This document shows, piece after piece, positions 1 to 8,433 of a stretch of DNA of 64,000 nucleotides (position 1 is its first letter; each line of letters begins with the position of its first letter). The notes below the pieces were generated by a model. The model was not told where the DNA came from, searched no databases, and saw only the letters and a list, made by a program, of their open reading frames with translations. Both the position numbers and the translations under genes were made by a program. Source of the stretch: an uncultured Clostridia bacterium (GTDB taxonomy: Bacteria > Bacillota > Clostridia > Christensenellales > CAG-138); the NCBI GenBank assembly GCA_947306125.1, contig CAMZFO010000001.1, positions 3,153-67,152 on the forward strand. The letters run 5' to 3'.

Positions 1-1887
1 CCTGAACACGAAATGACAGCCCTCGATATCGCACACGGGCAGCGGGCAGTCGGCGCCGTGCTCGACGACCTCCTCGCCCGAGTAATAGCCGGAGAACGTG
101 ACGGTATAGTAATTCCTCGACCACGTGGCGTTAACGGCCATATCATCCGTAACGCAGGAGATATCGGTATCCCAGCCGATGAACGTCCAGCCCTCGCGCA
201 CGGGCGCTTCGGGCTCGGGACAGGGGCTGCCGTCGGGGACCTCGTATTCGGCTATGAGATGCCCCATGCCGTCGAAGAATCCGACGATGTGGTTCACGAT
301 CCACGTCGCGTTGACGGTCATATCCTCCGTCACGCAGGAGATATCGGCGTCCCAGCCGGCAAAAGTCCAGCCCTCGAGGACGGGCGTCTCGGGCTCGGGA
401 GAGGGGCTGCTCCAGCCTACGGAATAGGAGGCAAGCTCATTCCCCTGCCCGTCGGTGAAAATAACGGTGAACGTCTCCGCCTCGTATATGGCGGTGAACA
501 CGGTGTTGCCCGTGACGCATTCGGGATTGCCGTCCCAACCGATAAAGGTATAATGCTCATGCTCCGGCGCCTCGGGCGGGATCACGGCGCCGTTATACTC
601 GACCTCGAAGGATTCGATCACGGCGTCATCTATGGGATCGTAGAAAACGGCGGTGCAGCGGTCTATCTCGTAATCCACGGCAACGGTCACGTCGGAGGTG
701 ACGCACTTGCCGTCCCAGGGCTCGCCGTTCACGGTGAACGCATAGTGCAGGCCCTCGCCGTCCTCAAAGACGGGCAGCTCGGCGTCGCCGCCGAAGGGGA
801 CGCAGTCGACCCCCGTATACACGCCGACGTAATCGACCACGGCTCCCTCCTGCGCGTATACCTGCACGCAGTCGAGGCTGATCTCATACTGGTCAGTGCT
901 GTTGAAATGGCGGAAGGCGATGCGGATCGTTTCGTCGCGGTAATCGGTCAGATCCAGCCTGTACGTTGTGGCCTCGCCCGTGGAGAGCGTCTCGGGCATG
1001 ATCTCGTCCAGCGTTAAAGGATCGTCCTCAGGGCCCGCGAAGACGGCAAAGTGCTCGTCCGAATACTCAGAATCGACTGACTTGACGGTAAATTCGACCG
1101 ATGAAATGCCGTGGGGAAGCTTGAAGGCGGGCGAAACGGCCCAGTTATCGGGCTCGAGCGGACCAACGTCGGACATCCAGGAGCAGGAATAGATCGAGCC
1201 CCTGCCCTCGATGACTTCCTCTGTATCATACGCCCACTTCCAGCACTGGGCGTCCCCGTCCGCGTCAACGAAGGTCCAGCCCTCGGCTTCGGGATCGGTC
1301 TCGAAATACCAGCCGACGAAGCGGCCGTCGGGAGCAACGGTTGGCTCGGGAGTGGCGGTGGGCACGGGAGTTTCCGTGGGCTCGACGTAAACGTGGATGA
1401 AGTCGTTCGCGATATCATACTCTATCGGCTGCTCCTCGCCGCCAACGGGATAGAACACGAAGGTCTCGATCTCGAAGCAGACTTCGATATCGTTGGGAAT
1501 AGACCCATGGGAATCGAAGGTCGCCTTGAAAAGGTATCCCTCGCCCGATATGGGCTCCGTGGCGCAGATGAAGCCGACCGCGATCTCACCCGCGGCGCTC
1601 TCGTTCAACACGGTCACGGCGTCGTCGGGACAGTTTTTGAGCACGTCGAGCTTCGCAAGCTTTTTGACGCTGAGACAGCTCGAATCATACCGCAGGCGAG
1701 CCGTCATGGAATGCGCCTGATAGCTGCCGGAGACCTTTACGGAAACTTCCGCGAGCCGGGTATTCAGATCATACGAGGTCTCGACGGTGAACTGCACGGG
1801 GTCGCCCTTTTCCGCAGCGGCGGGAAAGACGCAGAGAAGCATTGCGGCGGCAAGCAGCAATGCCGAAAAGGATCTGAGTTTAGTCAT
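1..1887 (-). CDS. Secreted multidomain surface protein, C-terminal part beyond the window edge (signal peptide, cohesin-like module, choice-of-anchor-J/cleaved-adhesin-like module, Listeria-Bacteroides Flg_new repeats)
   Basis: Minus-strand frame is open from ATG 1887 (AAGGAGG SD about 10 nt upstream) to position 1. Hand translation at six spots found no stops: MTKLRSFSALLLAAAMLLCVFPAAAEKGDPVQFTVETSYDL..., ...FVGWYFETDPEAEGWTFVDADGDAQCWKW...LEPDNW, ...IGWDTDISCVTDDMAVNATW. It is absent from the ORF track because it has no stop in the window. The + ORFs 13..1017 and 1111..1929 are its antisense shadows. Confidence 0.8.
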   Translation of the reverse strand, partial: MTKLRSFSALLLAAAMLLCVFPAAAEKGDPVQFTVETSYDLNTRLAEVSVKVSGSYQAHSMTARLRYDSSCLSVKKLAKLDVLKNCPDDAVTVLNESAAGEIAVGFICATEPISGEGYLFKATFDSHGSIPNDIEVCFEIETFVFYPVGGEEQPIEYDIANDFIHVYVEPTETPVPTATPEPTVAPDGRFVGWYFETDPEAEGWTFVDADGDAQCWKWAYDTEEVIEGRGSIYSCSWMSDVGPLEPDNWAVSPAFKLPHGISSVEFTVKSVDSEYSDEHFAVFAGPEDDPLTLDEIMPETLSTGEATTYRLDLTDYRDETIRIAFRHFNSTDQYEISLDCVQVYAQEGAVVDYVGVYTGVDCVPFGGDAELPVFEDGEGLHYAFTVNGEPWDGKCVTSDVTVAVDYEIDRCTAVFYDPIDDAVIESFEVEYNGAVIPPEAPEHEHYTFIGWDGNPECVTGNTVFTAIYEAETFTVIFTDGQGNELASYSVGWSSPSPEPETPVLEGWTFAGWDADISCVTEDMTVNATWIVNHIVGFFDGMGHLIAEYEVPDGSPCPEPEAPVREGWTFIGWDTDISCVTDDMAVNATWSRNYYTVTFSGYYSGEEVVEHGADCPLPVCDIEGCHFVFR

Positions 1888-1944
1888 TTAGACCTGTCCT
1901 CCTTGGGTGATACGATGGGAAGCGGTTAAAAGGCCGCGATGATG

Positions 1945-1973
1945 ATTTTATCATAGTTGCATCTCCGGCGCAA
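1945..1973 (-). promoter_or_regulatory. Sigma-A-type promoter of the 1..1887 gene
   Basis: Minus strand reads TTGCGC-17 nt-TAAAAT with TGA immediately upstream of the -10 (extended -10). It lies about 55 nt upstream of ATG 1887. Confidence 0.5.
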
Positions 1974-1998
1974 GGTCGCAATGCCGGGTTTTGGTTAA

Positions 1999-2031
1999 GG
2001 AAATAAGGCAAAAAGAGGCTCCCGGAGCCTT
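1999..2031 (-). terminator. Rho-independent terminator after the 2058..5018 gene
   Basis: Minus strand: GCTCCCGG-GGAAGGCT-CCGGGAGC followed by CTCTTTTTG, 27 nt after the stop. Confidence 0.7.
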
Positions 2032-2057
2032 CCCCGGGAGCTGCGCAGGCTTACGCT

Positions 2058-5018
2058 TCAGCTGTTGGTTATTATCTTATAGATCGCGGCGATGTCGCGC
2101 ACGTCCACCTTCCACTCATCATTGGCGTCGGCGTTGAGCATTCCGAGCACGGATATCTGCGGGTTTTCGCCGTTCAGATACATTGCGAGTATGGTCACGT
2201 CCGCCATTGTGACGAGCCCGTCGCAGTCCACGTCGCCCGCGAGGTAATCGGGGCCCTTGGCGTAAACGGCCTTTATGGTCACGTCATGCGCTATAAACTC
2301 CACGTTCTTGCTCCAGCCCGTGAAAACGCAGCCCTCGCGGGTCGGTTCCTCGGGAGGAGTGGCGGGATTGCCGTAGCGCACGGTCTGGGTGGATAGCACG
2401 GTCCCGTCCCAATCGACGAAAATTACCGTGCAGTCTATGCTGTTGGCGGCGGCGCTGACTACTACCGTCACGTCGGAGGTGACGCACTCGCCGTCCCAAT
2501 ACTCGCCGTCGACCATGAAGGTGTAATGGAGATACTGCGAGGGGTAAACGGGCAGCTCGCAGGCCTCGCCGTAATTGACAACGACCGTGCCCGTGTAGGC
2601 GCCGGTAAAGGTGACGGTGCAGACCGTGACGTATTCCCAAAGCGCGTTGACCGTGAGATCCCCAGTTATGCAGGAGAAATCAGCGTCCCAGCCTATGAAT
2701 ATCTCGCCCGGCTCCGCGTACGGGGGCTCCGGCTCGACGGCGGCGGTGAGGTAGGTAACAAGCTGCGAGCTTATGATGTTCCCGTGACCGTCGGTGAAAT
2801 TAACGGCAAACTTCTTCGGCGCATATAGCGCGTTGACGGTCATATCCTCGGTGACGCAGGAAATATCCGCATCCCAGCCGGTGAAGCTGTAGCCGTAGTG
2901 GTCGGGAGGAGTCGGAGTTATTGCCGGTCCGCCTATCGGGGCGACAACATCCGCAATGAGCTCTCCTGTCATTGAATCATAGAACGATATCACACATTCA
3001 ACGCGGGTATATAGCGCGTTGACAGTAAGGTCATCCTTTATGCAGGAGAAATCCGCGTCCCAGCCGGTAAATGCATAAGTGAAATGCTCCGGAATCTCGG
3101 GTTCTTCCGCCGGTTCGCCATGCCTTATCTCCTGCTCGGAAATAAGCTCGCCGGTAAGCGAATCTATGAAAGTGACCGTGTAGGTGTTAATGTCCAGACC
3201 AACGAAAACCGTTACGTCCTCCGTTATGTTCGTTCCGTCCCAAGGCTCGCCGTTGACTGTGAATGTATAGTGAATCCCTTCTCCCTCAAATACGGGGAGT
3301 ACAGCGTCATATCCATACTGTACGGATTGAGTATTTGTATAAGCCCCGGTATAGGTCACGGTGACGAAAACCGGATCGTAAACGGCATTGATCTCCATAT
3401 CCGATTTGACGCAAGAGAAATCCTTATCCCATCCGGCAAAAACGTATCCGATATGCTCCGGAGCATCCGGCGCAGAAGCAGCTTCGCCGTGGGTTATCTG
3501 CTGTTCGGAAATAACAGTCCCTGAAACAGAATCAATGAAAGTTACACAGTAAACATTGACTTCGAGCCCAACCTCGACAGTTATATCCCCCGTTACGTTC
3601 GTACCATCCCAAGGCTCACCGTTAAGCGTAAAGGTATAGTGCAAGCCCTCGCCATCAAATACGGGGAGAATCGCGTCATCTCCCGGTACTACAGCCTGCG
3701 TCCCGTTGTAAACTCCGGTAAAAGTTACCGTGCAAGCGTTGCTTGGGATAAAGTATACTTTGCCGGGAACGCAGGTGATCTGCTCTTCGGGGATGACTAC
3801 CCAGTAGGGAGATTCCTGAACGAAGAGGTTGGAGTAGTTCATGATGATGTTTATGGGAAGGTAGTAACCGTTATCATCACGCAATACGCCTGTATCATAT
3901 GAAGCGGGGATATCGGTCCACCTATATGTGTAACGAGCGAACTCGCCGCCGAACTGCAGACCGTTGTTAGCCATAACGTTCAGGTTGCAGTTGATGCCGG
4001 CCCTGTCGTAGATGTTGCCCTCAATGGTGCCTGGGATGGAACCGGTGGCAACGTAGTTCATGGTGATGTTGAAGCCGGGTATAGCGGAACCGGTGGGATA
4101 CTCTTGCTGCTCTTCGTAATAAGCATTTATCCAGTTCATCATAAGCCTAAGGTCTGAATGTGGGTCTTCATCCTCACTCGCACAGGCAATGGTCTCCATG
4201 TACTCTGTGGGGAACTCGATAGCCATATCGGCGGAGTTCAGAGAAGCGTTCTCGCTGATGGCAAGATACCAGTTGAACTCGTCGCCAACAACCGCATCCT
4301 TTTGATCAACTGTTTCACCTGTATATGTGAGGTGATACTCATTGGGCTCTTCGGGAGCAGCGCCGAAGCCGGTAACGATGACCTTGGGGTTGGTGAGCTG
4401 AATGTTTTCGGGAGCATAATCCGTGGTGGAATCAACACAGGATGCGATGGGGCAGGTCATCTTCATCTCGAAGGTGGTGTCGTACTGAGGCAGAGCAGTG
4501 AATGTGTACCTGAGGCGCATCAGCGATCCGCCGAGAAGGATACCTCCGGTGCTTTCATAACCATCAGCATGCTTGGTGGAAAACTGGAACGATGTATACC
4601 ACTTGCCCTCTTCTCCGTACTGTTGAATGGGAGCAACGCTAGATTCGCCGCAATGCCCCATGGGATAAACAATGCAATTATCAATGACATCCGTTGAACC
4701 CGCAGTCGCAGCGTTCAGCACCCTATAGAGACTTCCAATGAAATTGTACTGTGCCTGAACAATGAAGTAATCGTGATCAAACTCGATCAGGAACGCGGAG
4801 GCAACCATGTGGGAATTCGCTTTGATTACGATGTCCATGAAGCCGGTGTTGTCACCAACAGAGGGAGAATTCAAGGTTACAGTGGGGCTCGTGAGGATGA
4901 GCTGATACTCATCATTAACTGCCCTTGACGGCTCATCATTCAGCGTACCCGCAAACACGTTTCCGAACGATGCGAAAACAAAGAGAATAGATAGCAATAT
5001 AGCGGCGTATCTTTTCAT
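2058..5018 (-). CDS. Secreted dockerin-bearing repeat protein (two cohesin-like N-terminal modules, multiple Flg_new repeats, C-terminal dockerin)
   Basis: 986-aa ORF with signal peptide MKRYAAILLSILFVFASFGNVFAG. It carries repeated ~70-aa units with the G(Y/F)xFxGWDxDFSC signature. The C-terminus GDVDCDGLVTMADVTILAMYLNGENPQ...ADANDEWKVDVRDIAAIYKII is a duplicated Ca-binding F-hand, the dockerin pattern. Confidence 0.9.
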   Translation of the reverse strand: MKRYAAILLSILFVFASFGNVFAGTLNDEPSRAVNDEYQLILTSPTVTLNSPSVGDNTGFMDIVIKANSHMVASAFLIEFDHDYFIVQAQYNFIGSLYRVLNAATAGSTDVIDNCIVYPMGHCGESSVAPIQQYGEEGKWYTSFQFSTKHADGYESTGGILLGGSLMRLRYTFTALPQYDTTFEMKMTCPIASCVDSTTDYAPENIQLTNPKVIVTGFGAAPEEPNEYHLTYTGETVDQKDAVVGDEFNWYLAISENASLNSADMAIEFPTEYMETIACASEDEDPHSDLRLMMNWINAYYEEQQEYPTGSAIPGFNITMNYVATGSIPGTIEGNIYDRAGINCNLNVMANNGLQFGGEFARYTYRWTDIPASYDTGVLRDDNGYYLPINIIMNYSNLFVQESPYWVVIPEEQITCVPGKVYFIPSNACTVTFTGVYNGTQAVVPGDDAILPVFDGEGLHYTFTLNGEPWDGTNVTGDITVEVGLEVNVYCVTFIDSVSGTVISEQQITHGEAASAPDAPEHIGYVFAGWDKDFSCVKSDMEINAVYDPVFVTVTYTGAYTNTQSVQYGYDAVLPVFEGEGIHYTFTVNGEPWDGTNITEDVTVFVGLDINTYTVTFIDSLTGELISEQEIRHGEPAEEPEIPEHFTYAFTGWDADFSCIKDDLTVNALYTRVECVISFYDSMTGELIADVVAPIGGPAITPTPPDHYGYSFTGWDADISCVTEDMTVNALYAPKKFAVNFTDGHGNIISSQLVTYLTAAVEPEPPYAEPGEIFIGWDADFSCITGDLTVNALWEYVTVCTVTFTGAYTGTVVVNYGEACELPVYPSQYLHYTFMVDGEYWDGECVTSDVTVVVSAAANSIDCTVIFVDWDGTVLSTQTVRYGNPATPPEEPTREGCVFTGWSKNVEFIAHDVTIKAVYAKGPDYLAGDVDCDGLVTMADVTILAMYLNGENPQISVLGMLNADANDEWKVDVRDIAAIYKIITNS

Positions 5019-5066
5019 GATATTTCCTTTCCGGACGTGCGTCCGACAGTATATTTTACAAATTTA

Positions 5067-5095
5067 ATTATAATTATTAAAGGTGGATATGTCAA
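5067..5095 (-). promoter_or_regulatory. Consensus sigma-A promoter of the 2058..5018 gene
   Basis: Minus strand: TTGACA-17 nt-TATAAT (tgtcaa at 5090-5095, attata at 5067-5072). The leader is only about 40 nt. Confidence 0.75.
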
Positions 5096-5261
5096 CGGCT
5101 TTTTTGAAATATCTCATGAGTTTTTTCACTGCTTTTCGCTGTTTTAGAAAGCTTACGGGGCGGTATGGGCATAAAATGCTTGATTTCTCATATGCATTTC
5201 ACCCCTCAGTCAACTTCGTTGACAGCATGCCGGGGCGGACTCCTGTTCCTGCGAAACAGAT

Positions 5262-5366
5262 TGCCGCCCGTTCTTCGTCTTGCAGACCATTCACCGGATG
5301 GTCTGCATTGCTTTGCAACCGACTCCGAACCCTTACACAATGGGAGCCGTTGGTCGGTCGGTCGCC
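5262..5366. repeat. Diverged partial copy of the intergenic hairpin repeat (contains CAGACCAT-N7-ATGGTCTG)
   Basis: gccgcccgttcttcgtcttgCAGACCATtcaccggATGGTCTGcattgctttgcaacc...ttggtcggtcggtcgcc aligns by eye with 5553-5656 at roughly 75% identity. Confidence 0.7.
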
Positions 5367-5454
5367 ATACTGCCTCCCTACTGTGCCGCGGAATTTCGCT
5401 GCGCGATATGCCGCCGGGGAGGTGGATTTTCGCCCATTAAGGGCGAAAAGACGA

Positions 5455-5656
5455 AAGGGTTGTCTTTCCCCGGCTTGGGAGGAGGTAAGTGCTTGGAAAG
5501 CTCCCTCATCCACCCCCGACCTGAAGGTCGGCGGTCCCCGGAGGGCGGGCCCGGCCGCCCGTTTTCGGACTTTCAGACCATTCACCGGATGGTCTGAATT
5601 GCTCCGCAACCGTCCTCAAACCCCGCAGGGGAAGGCTTTTTGTCGGTCGGTCGCCG
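5455..5656. repeat. Intergenic hairpin-rich repeat, copy A (about 200 bp, core about 146 bp)
   Basis: Core 5503-5648 differs from 12711-12856 by only 3 substitutions and 1 T indel (direct comparison). It contains stems CCGACC/GGTCGG, GGGCGG/CCGCCC and CAGACCAT/ATGGTCTG. Confidence 0.85.
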
Positions 5657-5704
5657 GACGAGCTGCCTCTCTCGGTAAAAACATTGTAAATTCTTCGCCG
5701 GAGG

Positions 5705-5734
5705 TTGAACAGGCGGCGGGAAAAGAGGTATAAT
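5705..5734 (+). promoter_or_regulatory. Candidate sigma-A promoter of the ABC transporter gene
   Basis: TTGAAC-18 nt-TATAAT, 30 nt upstream of ATG 5765. Confidence 0.5.
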
Positions 5735-5764
5735 AAGGGCAAACAACGATACGGGGAGATATTT

Positions 5765-8371
5765 ATGCTTGAATTAAGAGGAATAACAAAGGATTACTAT
5801 TCCGGCGGGGACGCGGTGCACGCGTTAAAGGGAGTCGATATGGAGTTCGGCCCCAATGAATTCGCGGCGATACTGGGCCCCTCCGGCTGCGGCAAGACGA
5901 CTCTTCTGAACATCATAGGCGGGCTCGACCGCTACACCGAGGGCGACCTCATAATCAACGGTAAATCGACCAAGACCTACACCGACCGCGACTGGGACTC
6001 CTACCGCAATCACAGCATCGGCTTCGTTTTCCAGAGCTACAACCTGATACCGCATCAGACCGTTTTGGGCAACGTGGAGCTTGCGCTGACGCTCTCCGGC
6101 GTATCCAAGGCGGAGCGGCGCGCGCGGGCGGAGGCGGTACTCGGGCGGGTCGGCCTCGCGGATCAGATACACAAGCTGCCCAATCAGCTTTCCGGAGGAC
6201 AGATGCAGAGGGTGGCGATAGCGCGCGCTCTCGTGAACGACCCGGAGATAATACTTGCCGACGAGCCGACGGGCGCTCTGGATTCCGGCACGAGCGTGCA
6301 GATAATGGAGCTTTTGAAGGAGATCGCCTCCGACAAGCTAATAATAATGGTCACTCACAACGCCGAGCTTGCCGCGGCCTACGCGACGCGCATAATACGC
6401 CTGCTCGACGGGCGCGTGGTCTCATCGGATCAGATCGCCCCCTCCCCCGTCCGCTCGGAGGAAAAGCCGGAGCCGGACAATAAAAAGCGGGTCTCGATGT
6501 CCTTCTTCACGGCGCTCTCGCTTAGCCTCAGGAACCTTATGACAAAAAAGGCGAGGACCATCCTCACGGCGTTCGCGGGCTCCATAGGCATTATCGGCAT
6601 AGCGCTCATACTCTCCATTTCCGACGGCTTCCAGAACTATATCGACCGTGTGCAGGAGGATACGCTCTCGAATTATCCGCTTACGATCGAAAGCCAGGTG
6701 ATGGATATGTCCGCGCTTTTCGACCGCGGCGACCGCGACGAGCGCCCCGAAAACGCTCCCGACGACGGCAGAGTCTATTCGAACGGGCGGCTTTCGGAGA
6801 GCCTTGAGCTGATGAACTCCAAGACGCAGACGAACGATCTTGCCTCCTTCAAGGCGTATCTCGAGGGCGAGGGAGCTTCCATACTCGAATCCACCAACGG
6901 CGTGCAGTACCTTTACGACACGGATATTTACGTCTACAACCGAGGCGCGGTCGGCGGCACGGCGCAGGCGAATCCGGGCGTAGTCTACGATAAGATGTTC
7001 GGCTCATCCTTCTCGAATATGATGACCTTCTCCCGCGGGGCGGAGGTATTCGGGGAGATGCCGGATAATCCGGAGCTCCTCGCCACGCAGTACGACGTGC
7101 TCGCGGGCAGATGGCCCGAGGCCTATGACGAGGTCGTGATAAGCGTCGACAAATACAATCAGCTCGGCGATTTCGAGCTCTACACGCTGGGCCTGCGCGA
7201 TCAGTCGAAGCTGCCCGGGCTCATGGAGCGCGTAATGGCGGGCGAATCGGTCGTGGAGGAACAGCTCTCGTTCACGTATGACGAGCTCATGGCGCTCGAT
7301 CTTGCCGTGCTTCCGCCCTCCGCCTTCTATGAAAAGGATGAAAACGGCGTGTTCATCGACCGCCGCATGACGGAAGGGCTCGACGCTCTGCTCGACTCCG
7401 AGGGCGAAAAGCTCAAGGTGGTCGGCATTATCCGCCCGAAGGAGGGAGCCTCCGCGACGGCGCTCTCCTCGACAGTCTGCTATACGAGGGCGCTTATGGA
7501 GCACGTAATAGGTCTCGTAAACGAGAGCGAGCCCGTTAAGGCGCAGAAGGCCGACCCGGAGACGGATATCTTCACGGGCTTCAAATTCGGCACGGACTCG
7601 GCGCCCGTCACTCGCGAGGACGTTATCGCCTTCATAGGCACTCTGCCCGAGGACGAGCAGGCGCAGATACTCCCCTATCTGGACATGATGAGCGACGCGG
7701 ACCTTATCGTGCGCTTCCGCGACAGAATGCCCGCGCGCGGCACGACGAACACGTACGAGGGGAACCTCAAGACGCTCGGCGTGAACGACCTTGACAAGCC
7801 CTCGTCGATAGTCCTCTACCCCGTCGATTTCGAGTCGAAGGACGCGCTCAAGGCCGCCATAGACGATTACAACGACGCTGTGCAGGCGCGCGGCGAGGAC
7901 TCGAAGGTCATCACCTATACCGATTACGTCGGGATCCTCATGAGCTCCGTCAGCACGATCATAAACGTCATAAGCTACGTGCTCATCGCTTTCGTGGCCG
8001 TCTCGCTCGTCGTTTCCTCGATAATGATAGGCGTCATAACGAATATTTCCGTGCTCGAGCGCACTAAGGAGATCGGCGTGCTGCGCTCCATAGGCGCCTC
8101 GAAGCGGGACATCTCGCGCGTGTTCAACGCGGAGACGCTCATTATCGGCTTCATCGCGGGAGTGCTCGGGCTGCTCATAACCCAGCTGCTCATATTCCCC
8201 ATAAACGCCCTCATTTTCAAGCTCGGCGGGATCAGGAACGTCGCCGCGCTCCCCTGGAAGGGCGCCCTCGCCCTGCTCGTCATAAGCATGCTCCTGACGC
8301 TCATCGCGGGCTTCATACCCTCCCGCGCCGCGGCGAAAAAGGACCCCGTCGTCGCGCTGAGGACGGAATAA
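5765..8371 (+). CDS. Fused ABC transporter ATP-binding protein/permease (MacB/FtsX type)
   Basis: Walker [10 protein letters not shown], signature LSGGQMQR and Walker B ILADEPT, followed by a TM helix, a large extracytoplasmic region and a C-terminal FtsX-type 4-TM domain. Start set at ATG 5765 ([19 protein letters not shown]) rather than the track start 5705. Confidence 0.9.
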   Translation: MLELRGITKDYYSGGDAVHALKGVDMEFGPNEFAAILGPSGCGKTTLLNIIGGLDRYTEGDLIINGKSTKTYTDRDWDSYRNHSIGFVFQSYNLIPHQTVLGNVELALTLSGVSKAERRARAEAVLGRVGLADQIHKLPNQLSGGQMQRVAIARALVNDPEIILADEPTGALDSGTSVQIMELLKEIASDKLIIMVTHNAELAAAYATRIIRLLDGRVVSSDQIAPSPVRSEEKPEPDNKKRVSMSFFTALSLSLRNLMTKKARTILTAFAGSIGIIGIALILSISDGFQNYIDRVQEDTLSNYPLTIESQVMDMSALFDRGDRDERPENAPDDGRVYSNGRLSESLELMNSKTQTNDLASFKAYLEGEGASILESTNGVQYLYDTDIYVYNRGAVGGTAQANPGVVYDKMFGSSFSNMMTFSRGAEVFGEMPDNPELLATQYDVLAGRWPEAYDEVVISVDKYNQLGDFELYTLGLRDQSKLPGLMERVMAGESVVEEQLSFTYDELMALDLAVLPPSAFYEKDENGVFIDRRMTEGLDALLDSEGEKLKVVGIIRPKEGASATALSSTVCYTRALMEHVIGLVNESEPVKAQKADPETDIFTGFKFGTDSAPVTREDVIAFIGTLPEDEQAQILPYLDMMSDADLIVRFRDRMPARGTTNTYEGNLKTLGVNDLDKPSSIVLYPVDFESKDALKAAIDDYNDAVQARGEDSKVITYTDYVGILMSSVSTIINVISYVLIAFVAVSLVVSSIMIGVITNISVLERTKEIGVLRSIGASKRDISRVFNAETLIIGFIAGVLGLLITQLLIFPINALIFKLGGIRNVAALPWKGALALLVISMLLTLIAGFIPSRAAAKKDPVVALRTE

Positions 8372-8386
8372 ATCCCATAACTAAAA

Positions 8387-8418
8387 GCTGCCGCGGGAGC
8401 CCCACGGCAGCCTTTTTT
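8387..8418 (+). terminator. Rho-independent terminator (ABC gene; sits between convergent genes)
   Basis: GCTGCCG-11 nt loop-CGGCAGC followed by CTTTTTT. Confidence 0.7.
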
Positions 8419-8433
8419 CGTATCAGCGATGCG

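Noticed and set aside
13-1929. Long plus-strand ORFs 13..1017 (334 aa) and 1111..1929 (272 aa) from the track
   Set aside because: Their products are Gly/Arg/Ala/Val-rich with no motifs. The opposite strand carries one continuous frame with a signal peptide, SD and recognisable repeat domains. They are antisense shadows typical of high-GC genes.
5083-5742. Overlapping ORFs in several frames across the intergenic repeats (5083..5733, 5165..5440, 5199..5609, 5280..5597, 5506..5742; likewise 12384..13068)
   Set aside because: They overlap each other on both strands and are Arg/Pro/Gly-rich, and I saw no convincing SD for them. Their 'conservation' between the two loci is explained by the nucleotide repeat itself. 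I treated them as non-coding repeat DNA.
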